From NCBI GenBank assembly GCA_022573815.1, contig JACZTG010000001.1, positions 64,882 to 128,881 of the forward strand: a DNA stretch of 64,000 bases. Direction: 5' to 3'. Numbering within the stretch: the stretch's first letter is position 1; every line of letters begins with the position of its first letter. This stretch comes from Fidelibacterota bacterium. GTDB lineage: Bacteria > Fidelibacterota > SORT01. Both the position numbers and the translations under genes were made by a program. Below, piece after piece: positions 1 through 10,210 of the stretch. Below the pieces are notes generated by a model, which made no database searches, was not told the DNA's origin, and saw only the letters and a list, made by a program, of their open reading frames with translations.

Positions 1-882
1 CCTATTATCCATGACACAATGGAATACATTGATAAAATCAGCCAGACTAAAGGATATGTCACGGGTATTCCAAGCGGCTATACGGAACTCGATAAGAAAA
101 CGGCAGGGTTTCAGGATTCTAATCTCATTATTATTGCAGCGCGTCCATCCGTTGGTAAAACGGCCTTGGCTCTTTCAATGGCAAAAAATATGGCTCTCAC
201 AAGCAATACTTCCGTAGGGTTTTTTAGTTTAGAAATGTCAGCTCATGAACTTGCGCTCCGATTATTATGTATGGAAGCGAAGGTGAGTTCACTCGATGTC
301 AAGATGAAAAAATCTTCAAATCAGGATCGTTCCCGTTTAGTAAATGCCAGTAACAAGTTATTTAAAGCTCCTATATTTATTGATGATACAGCCGGTCTAA
401 CTGTCTTGGAATTAAGGGCAAAAGCCAGAAGACTTAAAGCAGAATATGATATAGGTATATTGTTTATTGATTACCTTCAATTGATGACCGGGCCGGCAAA
501 TACAGAAAACAGACAACAGGAGATTTCAACTATATCTCGTTCCCTTAAAGCTACATCGAAGGAACTCAACATTCCGATAATAGCTCTCTCTCAACTTTCT
601 CGCGCACCCGAGCAGAGAGGTACGAAGGACAGACGTCCGCAGCTTTCTGATCTAAGAGAAAGCGGCGCACTTGAACAAGATGCCGATCTTGTGTTATTTA
701 TATACAGAGAGGGGATGTATGACAGATATGAAGAAGGATACCAGCAGCCTGATGAAGACGAAGCGGAGATTATTATCGGAAAACAACGTAACGGACCAAC
801 AGGAACCGTCAGATTGACATTCTTGAGTAATTATGCGAGGTTTGAAAACAAGGTATTCGAATACGACACGCCTCCTTTTTAA
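1..882 (+). CDS. dnaB: Replicative DNA helicase DnaB, C-terminal RecA-like domain (5' end lies outside the window)
   Basis: The reading frame is open from nt 1. Walker A ARPSVGKTALAL, and the DnaB motifs FFSLEMS, IDYLQLM and SQLSRAPE are present. Confidence 0.85.
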   Translation, partial: PIIHDTMEYIDKISQTKGYVTGIPSGYTELDKKTAGFQDSNLIIIAARPSVGKTALALSMAKNMALTSNTSVGFFSLEMSAHELALRLLCMEAKVSSLDVKMKKSSNQDRSRLVNASNKLFKAPIFIDDTAGLTVLELRAKARRLKAEYDIGILFIDYLQLMTGPANTENRQQEISTISRSLKATSKELNIPIIALSQLSRAPEQRGTKDRRPQLSDLRESGALEQDADLVLFIYREGMYDRYEEGYQQPDEDEAEIIIGKQRNGPTGTVRLTFLSNYARFENKVFEYDTPPF

Positions 883-894
883 GGTGGTATCAAA

Positions 895-3072
895 TTGATT
901 AATGTATTAGACGCGATAGAAAAACGTGTTATCCCTAAATATCCGAGGAAATTCCGCAAACTTTTAGGTAGTATCGAGTATGAAATAAGTTCCAAGGACG
1001 GTGATTTTCTTTGGGAGGCATATACTTTTGCCCGTCGGGCGCATAAGGGTCAAACCCGGCTTTCCGGCGAAGCATACTTTGAACACTGCTATCAAACTGC
1101 TCTGAATCTGTGTAAAATGAATATGGATATAGTCACTATTGCCAGTGGGCTATTGCATGACGTTTTAGAAGATACAGAAGTATCTATTGACGATATAGCA
1201 AATACTTTCGGCGATGAGGTCAGCCGTCTCGTAAATGGCGTAACGAAAATTTCCGAGCTTGATTATAAGAGTAATGAAGAAAAACAGGCCGGTAATTTCA
1301 GGAAGATGCTTTTTTCTGTGATTGAAGACCTTAGAGTAATTTTAATTAAATTCGCAGATCGTCTGCATAATATGAGAACGCTTGAATATCTTCCGGAAAA
1401 GAAAGCAAAACGAATCGCATTGGAAACTCGCGATGTTTATGCGCCATTGGCTCATCGTCTCGGAATGGGTAGGATAAAATGGGAATTAGAGGATCTTTGT
1501 TTAAAAATTCTTGAACCTGATTCTTACGCGGCTATAGAAAAAAAGGTTAAGGGTAAGAGGGGAGAGCGTGAGAGATATATTCAAAAAGTTGCGAAACCAT
1601 TAAAAGTAAAGCTAAAAGAATCTAAAATTGAAGCGGATATATCAGGCCGACCTAAGCATTTTTCCAGTATTTTTGGGAAAATGACCAGAAGGGAAAAGCC
1701 GTTTGAAGAGATTTACGATCTTTTTGCTATTAGGGTAATTGTAAATTCTGTGGAGGAATGCTACGCAACTTTGGGATTAGTGCATTCGATGTATAATCCC
1801 GTGGCAGAACGTTTCAAGGATTTCATCGCCATCCCAAAAGCAAATGGCTATCAATCAATACATACCACTATCGTCGGACCGGGTGGAAAAATGGTCGAGA
1901 TTCAGATTAGAACTTATGAAATGGATAGAACAGCAGAAGACGGTATTGCTGCGCATTGGCGGTACAAAGAGGGAAAAAAGGAAGATGAAGACCTTGATCA
2001 GTATATGAAATGGCTGAGAGAACTTATTGAGGCGATTCAAAATGAAGATGCGAATCCGACTGAATTTATGCAATCGCTAAAGATAGATCTGTTTAAGGAT
2101 GAAATCTTTGCTTTTACGCCAAGGGGTGAATTGATGCAGCTTCCAACCGGTTCCACTCCGGTAGATTTTGCATATGCAGTTCATACTGAAGTGGGCAATC
2201 ATTGTATTGGAGCCAAAGTAAACGGCAAGATAGTGCCGTTAAATACGAGTCTTTCCAGCGGAGATTCCGTCGAAATAATTACCAGCGATTCCCAACATCC
2301 CAACTCGGCACATCTAAAATTCGTTAAGACGGGAAAAGCGAGAAGCAGAATAAAACGGTGGATAGCGAAAGAAAGATCCGAGCAAGCAATTAAGCTGGGG
2401 AAAGAAATAATTGATAAGAAGCTCAAACGAAGGAAAGTTTCCAAGGCGAGGCAGAAGCTCAAAGAAGCGCTGGTCAACACCAATTATAATACAATGGAAG
2501 ACTTATATAAAGCGGTTGGATCGGGAAATTATCCATTTGAAAAACTAATAAATATTATTATTCCTTCCGAGGTTAAAGAAGAAAAAGAAGAAGAGAAGGA
2601 TAAAAAAAGTTTTTTAGATAGAGCAAGAAGGCGGGTCAAGGGCGTTAAAGTACAGGGATTGGATAACATTATGATTAATTTTGGTAAATGCTGTCAACCA
2701 ATTCCCGGAGACGATATTATCGGATTTATAACAAGGGGAAAGGGTGTTACTATACACAGAGTGGACTGTAAGGATTCTGCGCATTTATTTAGTTCCAAGG
2801 ACCGATCTATAGAAGTGGAGTGGGATACAGGTAAAAAAGATGAGTTTCTCGTTCGCGTAAGGATTCAAGGCAGGGAAAGAAAACATTTCCTTAGAGACCT
2901 GACAGAAGCTATCTCGTCAACAAACACAAATATTTTAAGCCTCGATCTTGATGTGGAGGATTCGATCGCGGGAGTCAATCTCGTAGTCCAGGTCAGAAAT
3001 CTTAAACATTTTAATACGGTTAGTAAGAAAATATCAAATATACCAGGTATTATAGGGGTCGAACGCGGATAG
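895..3072 (+). CDS. rel: Bifunctional (p)ppGpp synthetase/hydrolase, RelA/SpoT family
   Basis: HD hydrolase motif LLHDVLEDT. The RelA/SpoT synthetase region, TGS and C-terminal ACT-like regions are present. 725 aa. Confidence 0.9.
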   Translation: MINVLDAIEKRVIPKYPRKFRKLLGSIEYEISSKDGDFLWEAYTFARRAHKGQTRLSGEAYFEHCYQTALNLCKMNMDIVTIASGLLHDVLEDTEVSIDDIANTFGDEVSRLVNGVTKISELDYKSNEEKQAGNFRKMLFSVIEDLRVILIKFADRLHNMRTLEYLPEKKAKRIALETRDVYAPLAHRLGMGRIKWELEDLCLKILEPDSYAAIEKKVKGKRGERERYIQKVAKPLKVKLKESKIEADISGRPKHFSSIFGKMTRREKPFEEIYDLFAIRVIVNSVEECYATLGLVHSMYNPVAERFKDFIAIPKANGYQSIHTTIVGPGGKMVEIQIRTYEMDRTAEDGIAAHWRYKEGKKEDEDLDQYMKWLRELIEAIQNEDANPTEFMQSLKIDLFKDEIFAFTPRGELMQLPTGSTPVDFAYAVHTEVGNHCIGAKVNGKIVPLNTSLSSGDSVEIITSDSQHPNSAHLKFVKTGKARSRIKRWIAKERSEQAIKLGKEIIDKKLKRRKVSKARQKLKEALVNTNYNTMEDLYKAVGSGNYPFEKLINIIIPSEVKEEKEEEKDKKSFLDRARRRVKGVKVQGLDNIMINFGKCCQPIPGDDIIGFITRGKGVTIHRVDCKDSAHLFSSKDRSIEVEWDTGKKDEFLVRVRIQGRERKHFLRDLTEAISSTNTNILSLDLDVEDSIAGVNLVVQVRNLKHFNTVSKKISNIPGIIGVERG

Positions 3073-3153
3073 TAAAAGAGCTTGAAGCTAATGAACTTAT
3101 TATTTATCTTAAACTTATCTATAAATGCAATAATTATAATGAGGAATGAGTAA

Positions 3154-3477
3154 ATGAGTTCAATAACCTATACTAAGCGAGACGTGGCAAGACAAACCGC
3201 TCGGAAATTGGGTCTCAAAATTTATATGGTTGAGGAGATAGTGGACGGTGTATTTACTACTCTCAGGGAAATGATGAGCGAGCCTTTCCCGCAGATTAGA
3301 ATTGAGGTTAGAAATTTCGGTGTATTTGAGGTTAAACCGACAAAAGCGAAGCCGAAAGCGAGAAATCCTCGTACAAATGAAATAATTCATGTTCCTCCAC
3401 GGAGAAAGACCCACTTTAGACCCGGCAAATTGCTGAAAAAATCTCTGAGACTACCGCTTGATTCACTTCAAGGCTGA
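3154..3477 (+). CDS. HU/IHF-family nucleoid DNA-binding protein
   Basis: About 100 aa basic protein with a beta-arm region RNPRTNEIIHVPPRRK typical of HU/IHF. Confidence 0.7.
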   Translation: MSSITYTKRDVARQTARKLGLKIYMVEEIVDGVFTTLREMMSEPFPQIRIEVRNFGVFEVKPTKAKPKARNPRTNEIIHVPPRRKTHFRPGKLLKKSLRLPLDSLQG

Positions 3478-3548
3478 CGAACTTTCAATTTCAAAATTAG
3501 TTTTAATCATAAATACCTCAGTGGCAATTCATCAATTATGCGAAAATC

Positions 3549-3977
3549 TTGAATGAACCCGGGCGTATTTTAGCAATCGACTACGGCGAGAAGCGGGTAG
3601 GGCTTGCCATGACAGATCCATTGGCAATTATAGCCAGCGGTTTTAACACAATTCAAAACAATAATAGAAAAGATTTAATCAAAGAGTTATTAGAAATAAT
3701 TCAATCAAATGGCGTAAATGGAGTAGTAGTGGGAATACCTTACTCTCTTGACGGCGAGAGCGGCCCAATGGCGGAATCAGTGAAAGAATTCGTTAGGGAA
3801 CTCGAATCCAGTGTGGAAGTTAAAGTAGAGACCTGGCCGGAAGAATATTCATCGGAAGATGCAAAGAGCGAATTGCGGAAATTAGGCGTAGATTATAGGA
3901 AGGACAAAGGCGAAGTAGATAAAATGGCTGCGGCTCTCATATTACGGTCATATTTGGATCATATAGAGAAACACTGA
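3549..3977 (+). CDS. ruvX: Holliday-junction resolvase-like nuclease YqgF/RuvX
   Basis: N-terminal RILAIDYGEKRVGLAMTD motif, about 140 aa, TTG start. Confidence 0.8.
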   Translation: MNEPGRILAIDYGEKRVGLAMTDPLAIIASGFNTIQNNNRKDLIKELLEIIQSNGVNGVVVGIPYSLDGESGPMAESVKEFVRELESSVEVKVETWPEEYSSEDAKSELRKLGVDYRKDKGEVDKMAAALILRSYLDHIEKH

Positions 3978-3978
3978 A

Positions 3979-5541
3979 TTGAACGGTGAAGAAAGTAATA
4001 TAAAACGCGAAAAGAAAGTTGATTACGCTTTACTCGGTTTTTTTGCTCTCTTATTTGGAGGTTCGTTTCCTCCGCTAAATACGGGCTATTTCGCGTGGAT
4101 AGCCTTTGTTCCATACTTTTATTTTCTTGAACGAAACCTCAACGCTAAAATGTTCAGGAAAAACTTTATTACGGGATTGGTAGCAAATCTAATAATTATT
4201 TATTGGATAGGAGCAAATTCCGGAGCGTCTGCTTTTGTCGGAATATTAACAGTAATTGGTTCAGTTTCAGTTCTTGCTCTCTGGTTCACATTATACGGAT
4301 GGATACACGTTCGGCTACTGAAAAAATGGGGAGACTCCGCAATCTGGGCAGCGCCGGTCGTATGGGTAGGGATTGAATTCGTTCGTTCACACGGTTCTTT
4401 AGGGTTTCCGTGGACAATGATAGCAAACTCCCAAACGTATTATATTCCGCTGATTCAATTTGCCTCAATAACAGGAGCATGGGGAGTATCATTTTTACTT
4501 ATATTCGTGAATGTATTAGCGTTTAAAGCGCTGAAATCGCTGTCACAGCCGAAAATTGCAGGAATATATGCAATAGCCGGAGGTATGGCGCTTTTAATCC
4601 CCTGGCTATATGGAACTGCTGTTCTAAGCGGCGCAGATACGATTCTTGAAAATACGGTCAATTCAATAAAAGTCAGTATCGTACAGCCGAATATTGATCC
4701 GAAAGACAAATGGAATGTGGAGTTGAGAGACGAAGTATATCGGAATTACGGAAAGCTGACAGCCGAAGCGGGAAAATATAATCCCGATCTCATAATTTGG
4801 CCCGAAACTGCTACGCCGGCATATCTACGTACAAACAGGGACAACAGATTTGATCAGGTACTCTCTTTTGTTGATTCGGTGGGAATTCCGCTTTTGACCG
4901 GTACGTTAGATTATAAATACTATGGAAAAGATAAGTTTCACAAATATAATTCCTGCTTTCTTCTTCGTCCCGGAACTCGAAATATAGAACGTTACCATAA
5001 AATGTATCTGGTGCCTTTTGCCGAGAAAGTTCCGTTCGAGGATAAGTTACCGTTTCTCTCTAATTTTGATGTAGGACAGGCAAATTTTACAAGTGGAGAG
5101 GACTATAAAGTATTTGATTTAGATGGCAAAAAATTCTCCGTAGGTATCTGTTTCGAATCCGTATTTCCTTCATCATCAAGGACTTTTGTATCAGGCGGGG
5201 CGGAGCTTCTCATCATCATCACTAATGACGCATGGTTCGGAAACACTTCAGGCCCATACCAGCATGCTCAGATAGCCGTGATGAGAGCAATAGAAAATCG
5301 TCGGTCGATAGCCAGGTGCGCAAATACGGGAATATCGGAGCTTATTGACCCTTTCGGGCGAATCACGAAAAAGATAGGACTCGGGAAAAGAGGCGTACTT
5401 TCCGGAGAGCTGAAGCTTCTTGATGAGGAAACGATATACAATAAGTACGGCGATTATGTCGGTTGGATAACCGCCGTTATCACACTTCTATTAGTAGGAA
5501 TAAGTTATGTAAAGCTACCGTCAGGTAAAAATGAAGTATAA
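3979..5541 (+). CDS. lnt: Apolipoprotein N-acyltransferase (multi-TM N-terminus plus CN-hydrolase domain)
   Basis: Membrane N-terminus. The CN-hydrolase catalytic region contains IIWPETA, GICFESVFP and NDAWFG. TTG start. Confidence 0.85.
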   Translation: MNGEESNIKREKKVDYALLGFFALLFGGSFPPLNTGYFAWIAFVPYFYFLERNLNAKMFRKNFITGLVANLIIIYWIGANSGASAFVGILTVIGSVSVLALWFTLYGWIHVRLLKKWGDSAIWAAPVVWVGIEFVRSHGSLGFPWTMIANSQTYYIPLIQFASITGAWGVSFLLIFVNVLAFKALKSLSQPKIAGIYAIAGGMALLIPWLYGTAVLSGADTILENTVNSIKVSIVQPNIDPKDKWNVELRDEVYRNYGKLTAEAGKYNPDLIIWPETATPAYLRTNRDNRFDQVLSFVDSVGIPLLTGTLDYKYYGKDKFHKYNSCFLLRPGTRNIERYHKMYLVPFAEKVPFEDKLPFLSNFDVGQANFTSGEDYKVFDLDGKKFSVGICFESVFPSSSRTFVSGGAELLIIITNDAWFGNTSGPYQHAQIAVMRAIENRRSIARCANTGISELIDPFGRITKKIGLGKRGVLSGELKLLDEETIYNKYGDYVGWITAVITLLLVGISYVKLPSGKNEV

Positions 5542-6127
5542 AATTATTTCAATCTTCTTGATTCTAATAGTGAGCGCTCAATTATCCGGGCAGGATGAAA
5601 TAATGAATAATGTTCGATTTGCAGAAACAGCAATAAAAAAGATAGTGACCGACAGTCTGACGGTTAATGCGATTCCTAAAGAAAAAACGTATAGAATTTT
5701 AAGTTCAGAAAATGAAGCCAAGACTTTGTTTGTGACAACCGCAGTCAAAGAAGCGCTTGACGAAATGGGATATACCACTATATTGGATGATGATGTTGAC
5801 ACTCTCACAAATATTGTTGAATTGAATATTCTCAATCCGAAAATCAACTTTGAACTTCGCGACGGATTGAGAAAAATATCAGGAAACTTTAAGTTATTGC
5901 TTTATTCGAAGTCAGATGGGAATATAAATTGGGGAAAAGAAATGGATTTGAGTTTTCTGGGAAATGATTCGGTAAAGGGAATTGATACCGGTTTATTAGA
6001 ACAGGGCGCTCCCGATTTTTTAAAGAGTAAGAGGGAAGTTAAATTCTCAAGCAGCAAAATGGAAAAATTTTTGGCAGGAGTGATCGCCGGGATTATTACA
6101 TATCTTTTATATTCGGTGAGGAGTTGA
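5531..6127 (+). CDS. Hypothetical secreted protein (signal peptide, C-terminal TM helix)
   Basis: ORF with signal peptide MKYKIISIFLILIVSAQLSG. No recognisable domain. Confidence 0.45.
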   Translation: MKYKIISIFLILIVSAQLSGQDEIMNNVRFAETAIKKIVTDSLTVNAIPKEKTYRILSSENEAKTLFVTTAVKEALDEMGYTTILDDDVDTLTNIVELNILNPKINFELRDGLRKISGNFKLLLYSKSDGNINWGKEMDLSFLGNDSVKGIDTGLLEQGAPDFLKSKREVKFSSSKMEKFLAGVIAGIITYLLYSVRS

Positions 6128-6888
6128 AAATATTGAAATTGACTAAATCATCGGGAATTTTGATTGCTCTAATTATCTTAATCGGCAACTCCTACTTATA
6201 TCCCTCAGATGGGGACGACAAAAAGATTATCCCTGTAGGATTGGTGCAGAGGATGTCTGCGGATGTGACTTCTAAAAGTATAAATGCAAATCTAATGCTG
6301 TCTCAGGGAATCGACTATGATAATTATCCTACAAAGAGAAAAGCTGTTTTGTTATCGTTCTTATTGCCGGGCTTGGGAGAAAAGTCAATCGGAAGTCATA
6401 CATCAGCCAAAATATTTCATTCGTCCGAAACAGCGCTCTGGTTGTCATTGATATGGAACATAAAAGTTAAAAATTGGAAGAAAGAGGATTTTGAAGTTTT
6501 TGCTTCGGCAAATGCGGGAGTTGATATAAATGGCAAGGATGATCTGTTTTTCGCAAATATAGGCGGGTATAACACTGTTGAAGATTTCAACGCTTCCAGG
6601 AGACGGAGTCGAGACCCGACAAGCGTTTATAATTTGGAGGAGTATAGTTGGAACTGGAGTTCAAATGAGGCAAGGCTCAGGTATAAATCACTGCGGTTTG
6701 ACAGTGAAAACGCTCAACTAAATATCGAATACACCATCGGATTTTTAATATTAAATAGAATAATTAGCGTTATGAATACAAGCTACAGATACGGACGGAA
6801 TCAGATGATTGGCAGGTCTATCGAAAGCGCACAGTTGAAGATTAGCCCGGAAGGCACGCCTGTAGTTTCTATGAACTTCATATTCTGA
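6124..6888 (+). CDS. Hypothetical exported protein
   Basis: ORF with a TTG start and a hydrophobic N-terminus. No recognisable domain. Confidence 0.4.
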   Translation: MKILKLTKSSGILIALIILIGNSYLYPSDGDDKKIIPVGLVQRMSADVTSKSINANLMLSQGIDYDNYPTKRKAVLLSFLLPGLGEKSIGSHTSAKIFHSSETALWLSLIWNIKVKNWKKEDFEVFASANAGVDINGKDDLFFANIGGYNTVEDFNASRRRSRDPTSVYNLEEYSWNWSSNEARLRYKSLRFDSENAQLNIEYTIGFLILNRIISVMNTSYRYGRNQMIGRSIESAQLKISPEGTPVVSMNFIF

Positions 6889-7831
6889 TTTTTCCTCCCG
6901 ATAGAATCACTTTATCATCAATAGTCAAGGTCGGCTTGAGTAAAATGCCGTCTAAGTGAATTCCAACATCGCAGGTTCCGCCCATACTTATATTGTTTCC
7001 AAGCGCAACATGAACGGTTCCGAGAATTTTTTCGTCTTCTAAGATATTTCCCGTGAGAATCGCTTTATGGTTGGTTCCTATACCGAGTTCGGCGATATTT
7101 CTCCCCTTTTTACCGAAAGGCGCAAGCTGTTTTCTTAAAATGCGGGCTTCGCGTGTTCCGATAATTTTTGTGACATAGCCATTCGAAATATACATTTTAA
7201 TAGGTTTTTTGATAATCCCTGTATTTCCCATAGAACCGTTGATTACCATTATACCATCCGTTTTCCCTTCCACCGGAGCTAAAAAAGCTTCGCCCGCCGG
7301 AATATTGCATGTCTCTCCCGGATTGGTTACGTATCCGGTATCGGGTATTCCTTTTCTCCCTTTGATGGACATTCTCAAATCAGTTCCCGACGCGGTAGTG
7401 ATATGAACATTTCGACCTATAGTGAGAATATCTGATATTTTATTTGTGATAAGAGACATTCTTTTCATATCCGCATTCCCCGCGCGCGCTAACATATCTT
7501 CGTTTACGTTTGGAAGCGTGATGGTTCTCGCACCCTTTTTACTGGCTGCTCTTCGAGCATTTGTATGTGTCAGCGATTTGCTTGTGGGACAAATAAGAAC
7601 ATCGGTGGAGAGCATAAGCTTCGCTATGGCATCAGGCGGCTCTTCACCGTCTGTAGAGCGCGGAATCATATCAATGAGAAACGATTCGGCTCCCAATTCT
7701 TTTGCCCTTTCATGAAATAATATTCCGATATGCCGTGTTTTCGCATCAGTGATGACAAGAACCTTTTCACCCTTTTTTACGGCTAAGCTGTTAGTTAAAG
7801 CTGAATTTACGGCATCTGACAATCTCTTCAA
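6878..7831 (-). CDS. Aminopeptidase, M29 (thermophilic metalloprotease / aminopeptidase T-like) family
   Basis: 317 aa. The N-terminal region KGEKVLVITDAKTRHIGILFHERAKELGAE and the HVALG region resemble the short ampS/M29-like family. The family call is tentative. Confidence 0.55.
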   Translation of the reverse strand: MKRLSDAVNSALTNSLAVKKGEKVLVITDAKTRHIGILFHERAKELGAESFLIDMIPRSTDGEEPPDAIAKLMLSTDVLICPTSKSLTHTNARRAASKKGARTITLPNVNEDMLARAGNADMKRMSLITNKISDILTIGRNVHITTASGTDLRMSIKGRKGIPDTGYVTNPGETCNIPAGEAFLAPVEGKTDGIMVINGSMGNTGIIKKPIKMYISNGYVTKIIGTREARILRKQLAPFGKKGRNIAELGIGTNHKAILTGNILEDEKILGTVHVALGNNISMGGTCDVGIHLDGILLKPTLTIDDKVILSGGKIRI

Positions 7832-8065
7832 TAGAGCACCATCTGTAAAAATTGAATTATTTTTCCCTCGTTAATTCGGAGCATTTAACCAACTCAATTC
7901 TCCTAACAAAGTCAAGCAAAAGTTCCCTTGACCGGCCGATAATAAAATTCAACGAATGATTTCGCAGCAAATTTGACTTTTATTTTATTCAGCTTAACTT
8001 ATCTACTCGTTAACAATGCTAAAAATATATCAGGATCAATAATCGACCTTTCCAATTCTTTTTAT

Positions 8066-8788
8066 ATGAAATATGATCCACGCGTTAAATCTATATTTTT
8101 TGTTTGTCTGCTCATTCTCGCAATGGTAGGAGGGATGCGGTCAACGCTGACTTCTCTGCTGTTTTTATTGATAATAATAGGAGTTGAGCCTTCGGGGTTT
8201 AAACGGTTTTGGCAGAGATCAAAATACTTTTTATTGCTTGTTCCGTTAACGTTCGTATTTCATTTTATTTTCAATGCGAGCTTTTTAGGTGGAACGGGAT
8301 TATCATATTCGGATGAAATAGTGAACAAAGCGCTTTTTTTTACTTATCGGGTTGGAATATTAGTTTCTGCCGGAGCTTATTTCAGTATGACTGTTGAACC
8401 GGCAAGTTTGGCGGAATCTCTGAGGGAGTTGGCAGCTCCGTTAGGAAAAATCGGTGTTCCGCTTGAGCGTATCTCCCTTCTTTTTCTTTTGGCGCTGTCT
8501 TTTGTTCCGATAATTTCTGATCAGGCTGTTCGGATAAAGGAGGCACAGATTGCCCGCGGAATTTCAATGGGGAATAGTCTCTTTAGCAGAGTCAGACGGA
8601 TGCTTCCTGTGCTGATTCCGCTTTTCACACTAAGCCTTGCTCGAGCGGAGCGATTAGCTCTTGTGCTTGAATCGAGAGGATATAGCAGTCCCGGCGCTAA
8701 AACACGATTAAAGAAGTTCAGATTTTCCACGGCTGATTATATATCAACATTTATTGCCACAGCGGTTACAGGAGCAACGTATTTTTAA
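8066..8788 (+). CDS. ecfT: Energy-coupling-factor transporter transmembrane component EcfT (CbiQ family)
   Basis: Polytopic membrane protein with the CbiQ-type ARGIS region. The start is trimmed to the internal ATG at 8066 (MKYDPRVK). The longer ORF from 7973 is less likely. Confidence 0.7.
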   Translation: MKYDPRVKSIFFVCLLILAMVGGMRSTLTSLLFLLIIIGVEPSGFKRFWQRSKYFLLLVPLTFVFHFIFNASFLGGTGLSYSDEIVNKALFFTYRVGILVSAGAYFSMTVEPASLAESLRELAAPLGKIGVPLERISLLFLLALSFVPIISDQAVRIKEAQIARGISMGNSLFSRVRRMLPVLIPLFTLSLARAERLALVLESRGYSSPGAKTRLKKFRFSTADYISTFIATAVTGATYF

Positions 8789-8789
8789 T

Positions 8790-9533
8790 ATGAGGAATGT
8801 GAAACTTCTTTTGGAGTATGATGGAACTAACTACAGCGGGTGGCAAAAACAAAAAAACGGGATAACCGTGCAGGGGGAATTAGAAAAAAGTCTTAAAATA
8901 ATAGTGGGGCAGGACTTGACGGTAACGGGAGCCGGAAGAACTGATAAAGGCGTGCATGCTAAAGGGCAGGTAGCGAACTTTAAAACATCCGCTGATATTC
9001 CTGCGGATAAGATAAAGAGCGGGCTTAACGGCACTCTACCGAGAGACATAAGGGTTCTTGCATCGGAGGATGTAGATGATAAATTTGATTCGCGCAGAAG
9101 CGCGATTGAACGGCACTACGGATATAAAATTATTAGGAGAGTGACTGCGCTTGAACGACATTTCGCTCACCGTCTGGAGATTGAATTAAATGTAAGTGAA
9201 ATGAATTCTGCCGCAAATTTCATTATGACACAAAAAGACTTCAACTCATTTTGCAAAGCGACCTCGGGAACCGAAAACGGAAATTGTAACGTATTAAAAT
9301 CCGTGTGGAATGAATATGATGATTTTTTGTATTATACTATAAGAGCTGACAGGTTTCTGCACCATATGGTAAGATCGCTTGTCGGCACAATGATAGAAAT
9401 AGGTAACGGTAATATTGGTATTGAAGATTTTAAATTGATATTTGAGAAGTCTGATAGAAGAGCGGCAGGGCCTACTGCCCCTGCTCACGGGTTATATCTT
9501 GAAAAAGTTATTTATCCCAACGATGTGAATTGA
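8790..9533 (+). CDS. truA: tRNA pseudouridine(38-40) synthase TruA
   Basis: MRNVKLLLEYDGTNYSGWQKQ and GAGRTDKGVHA with the catalytic Asp. The start is taken at the ATG 1 nt after the ecfT stop. Confidence 0.85.
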   Translation: MRNVKLLLEYDGTNYSGWQKQKNGITVQGELEKSLKIIVGQDLTVTGAGRTDKGVHAKGQVANFKTSADIPADKIKSGLNGTLPRDIRVLASEDVDDKFDSRRSAIERHYGYKIIRRVTALERHFAHRLEIELNVSEMNSAANFIMTQKDFNSFCKATSGTENGNCNVLKSVWNEYDDFLYYTIRADRFLHHMVRSLVGTMIEIGNGNIGIEDFKLIFEKSDRRAAGPTAPAHGLYLEKVIYPNDVN

Positions 9534-9545
9534 TAGAGGAGTGAA

Positions 9546-10190
9546 ATGAAAATATTTTTAGATACTGCAAATGTGGATGAGATTAAAGAAGGCGCTTCAT
9601 GGGGAATTGTGGATGGAGTAACAACAAATCCAACTTTAATCGCTAAAGAAGGTCGGGATTTTGAAACAGTAATAAAAGAAATTTGTGAACTTGTTGACGG
9701 GCCGGTAAACGCTGAAGTGGTAGGACTTAAAGTAGATGAAATGGTAGAAGAAGGCAGAAAGCTAAGAGAACTGCATAAAAACATCTGTGTTAAAATTCCT
9801 ATGACGGTTGATGGCATAAAAGCTGTGAAGATTTTAAGCAGTGAAGGAACTATGACCAACGTAACGCTGATATTTTCAGCACTTCAAGCGCTATTAGCCG
9901 CTAAGGCCGGAGCTACTTTCGTTAGCCCGTTTGTAGGCAGGATAGACGATATGGCAGCTGAGGGGATGAATCTTATTGGTGATATCAGGCAGATTTACGA
10001 TAATTACGGATATAAAACGGAAATAATCGTTGCGAGTATTCGGAACCCGATCCATGTGGTTGATTCAGCTTTATACGGAGCGGATATCGCTACGCTTCCG
10101 ATGAAAGTGCTTCATCAGATGGCAAAGCATCCTTTAACGGATATTGGCTTGAAGCAGTTCCTTAAAGACTGGGAGTCAATGAAATCATAA
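9546..10190 (+). CDS. Fructose-6-phosphate aldolase / transaldolase (short Tal-FSA subfamily)
   Basis: [13 protein letters not shown]...GVTTNPTLI and the Schiff-base Lys region. 214 aa, typical of FSA/TalC. Confidence 0.85.
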   Translation: MKIFLDTANVDEIKEGASWGIVDGVTTNPTLIAKEGRDFETVIKEICELVDGPVNAEVVGLKVDEMVEEGRKLRELHKNICVKIPMTVDGIKAVKILSSEGTMTNVTLIFSALQALLAAKAGATFVSPFVGRIDDMAAEGMNLIGDIRQIYDNYGYKTEIIVASIRNPIHVVDSALYGADIATLPMKVLHQMAKHPLTDIGLKQFLKDWESMKS

Positions 10191-10210
10191 CAGGTTTTTG
10201 CATACGAAAG

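Noticed and set aside
1855-2073. Short minus-strand ORFs nested inside rel, lnt, gatA, accC, gcvPA, mutL and others (for example 1855-2073, 4286-4709, 16529-16747, 31728-32203, 33687-33938)
   Set aside because: They are antisense to well-supported long genes and have no domain signal. They are typical shadow ORFs.
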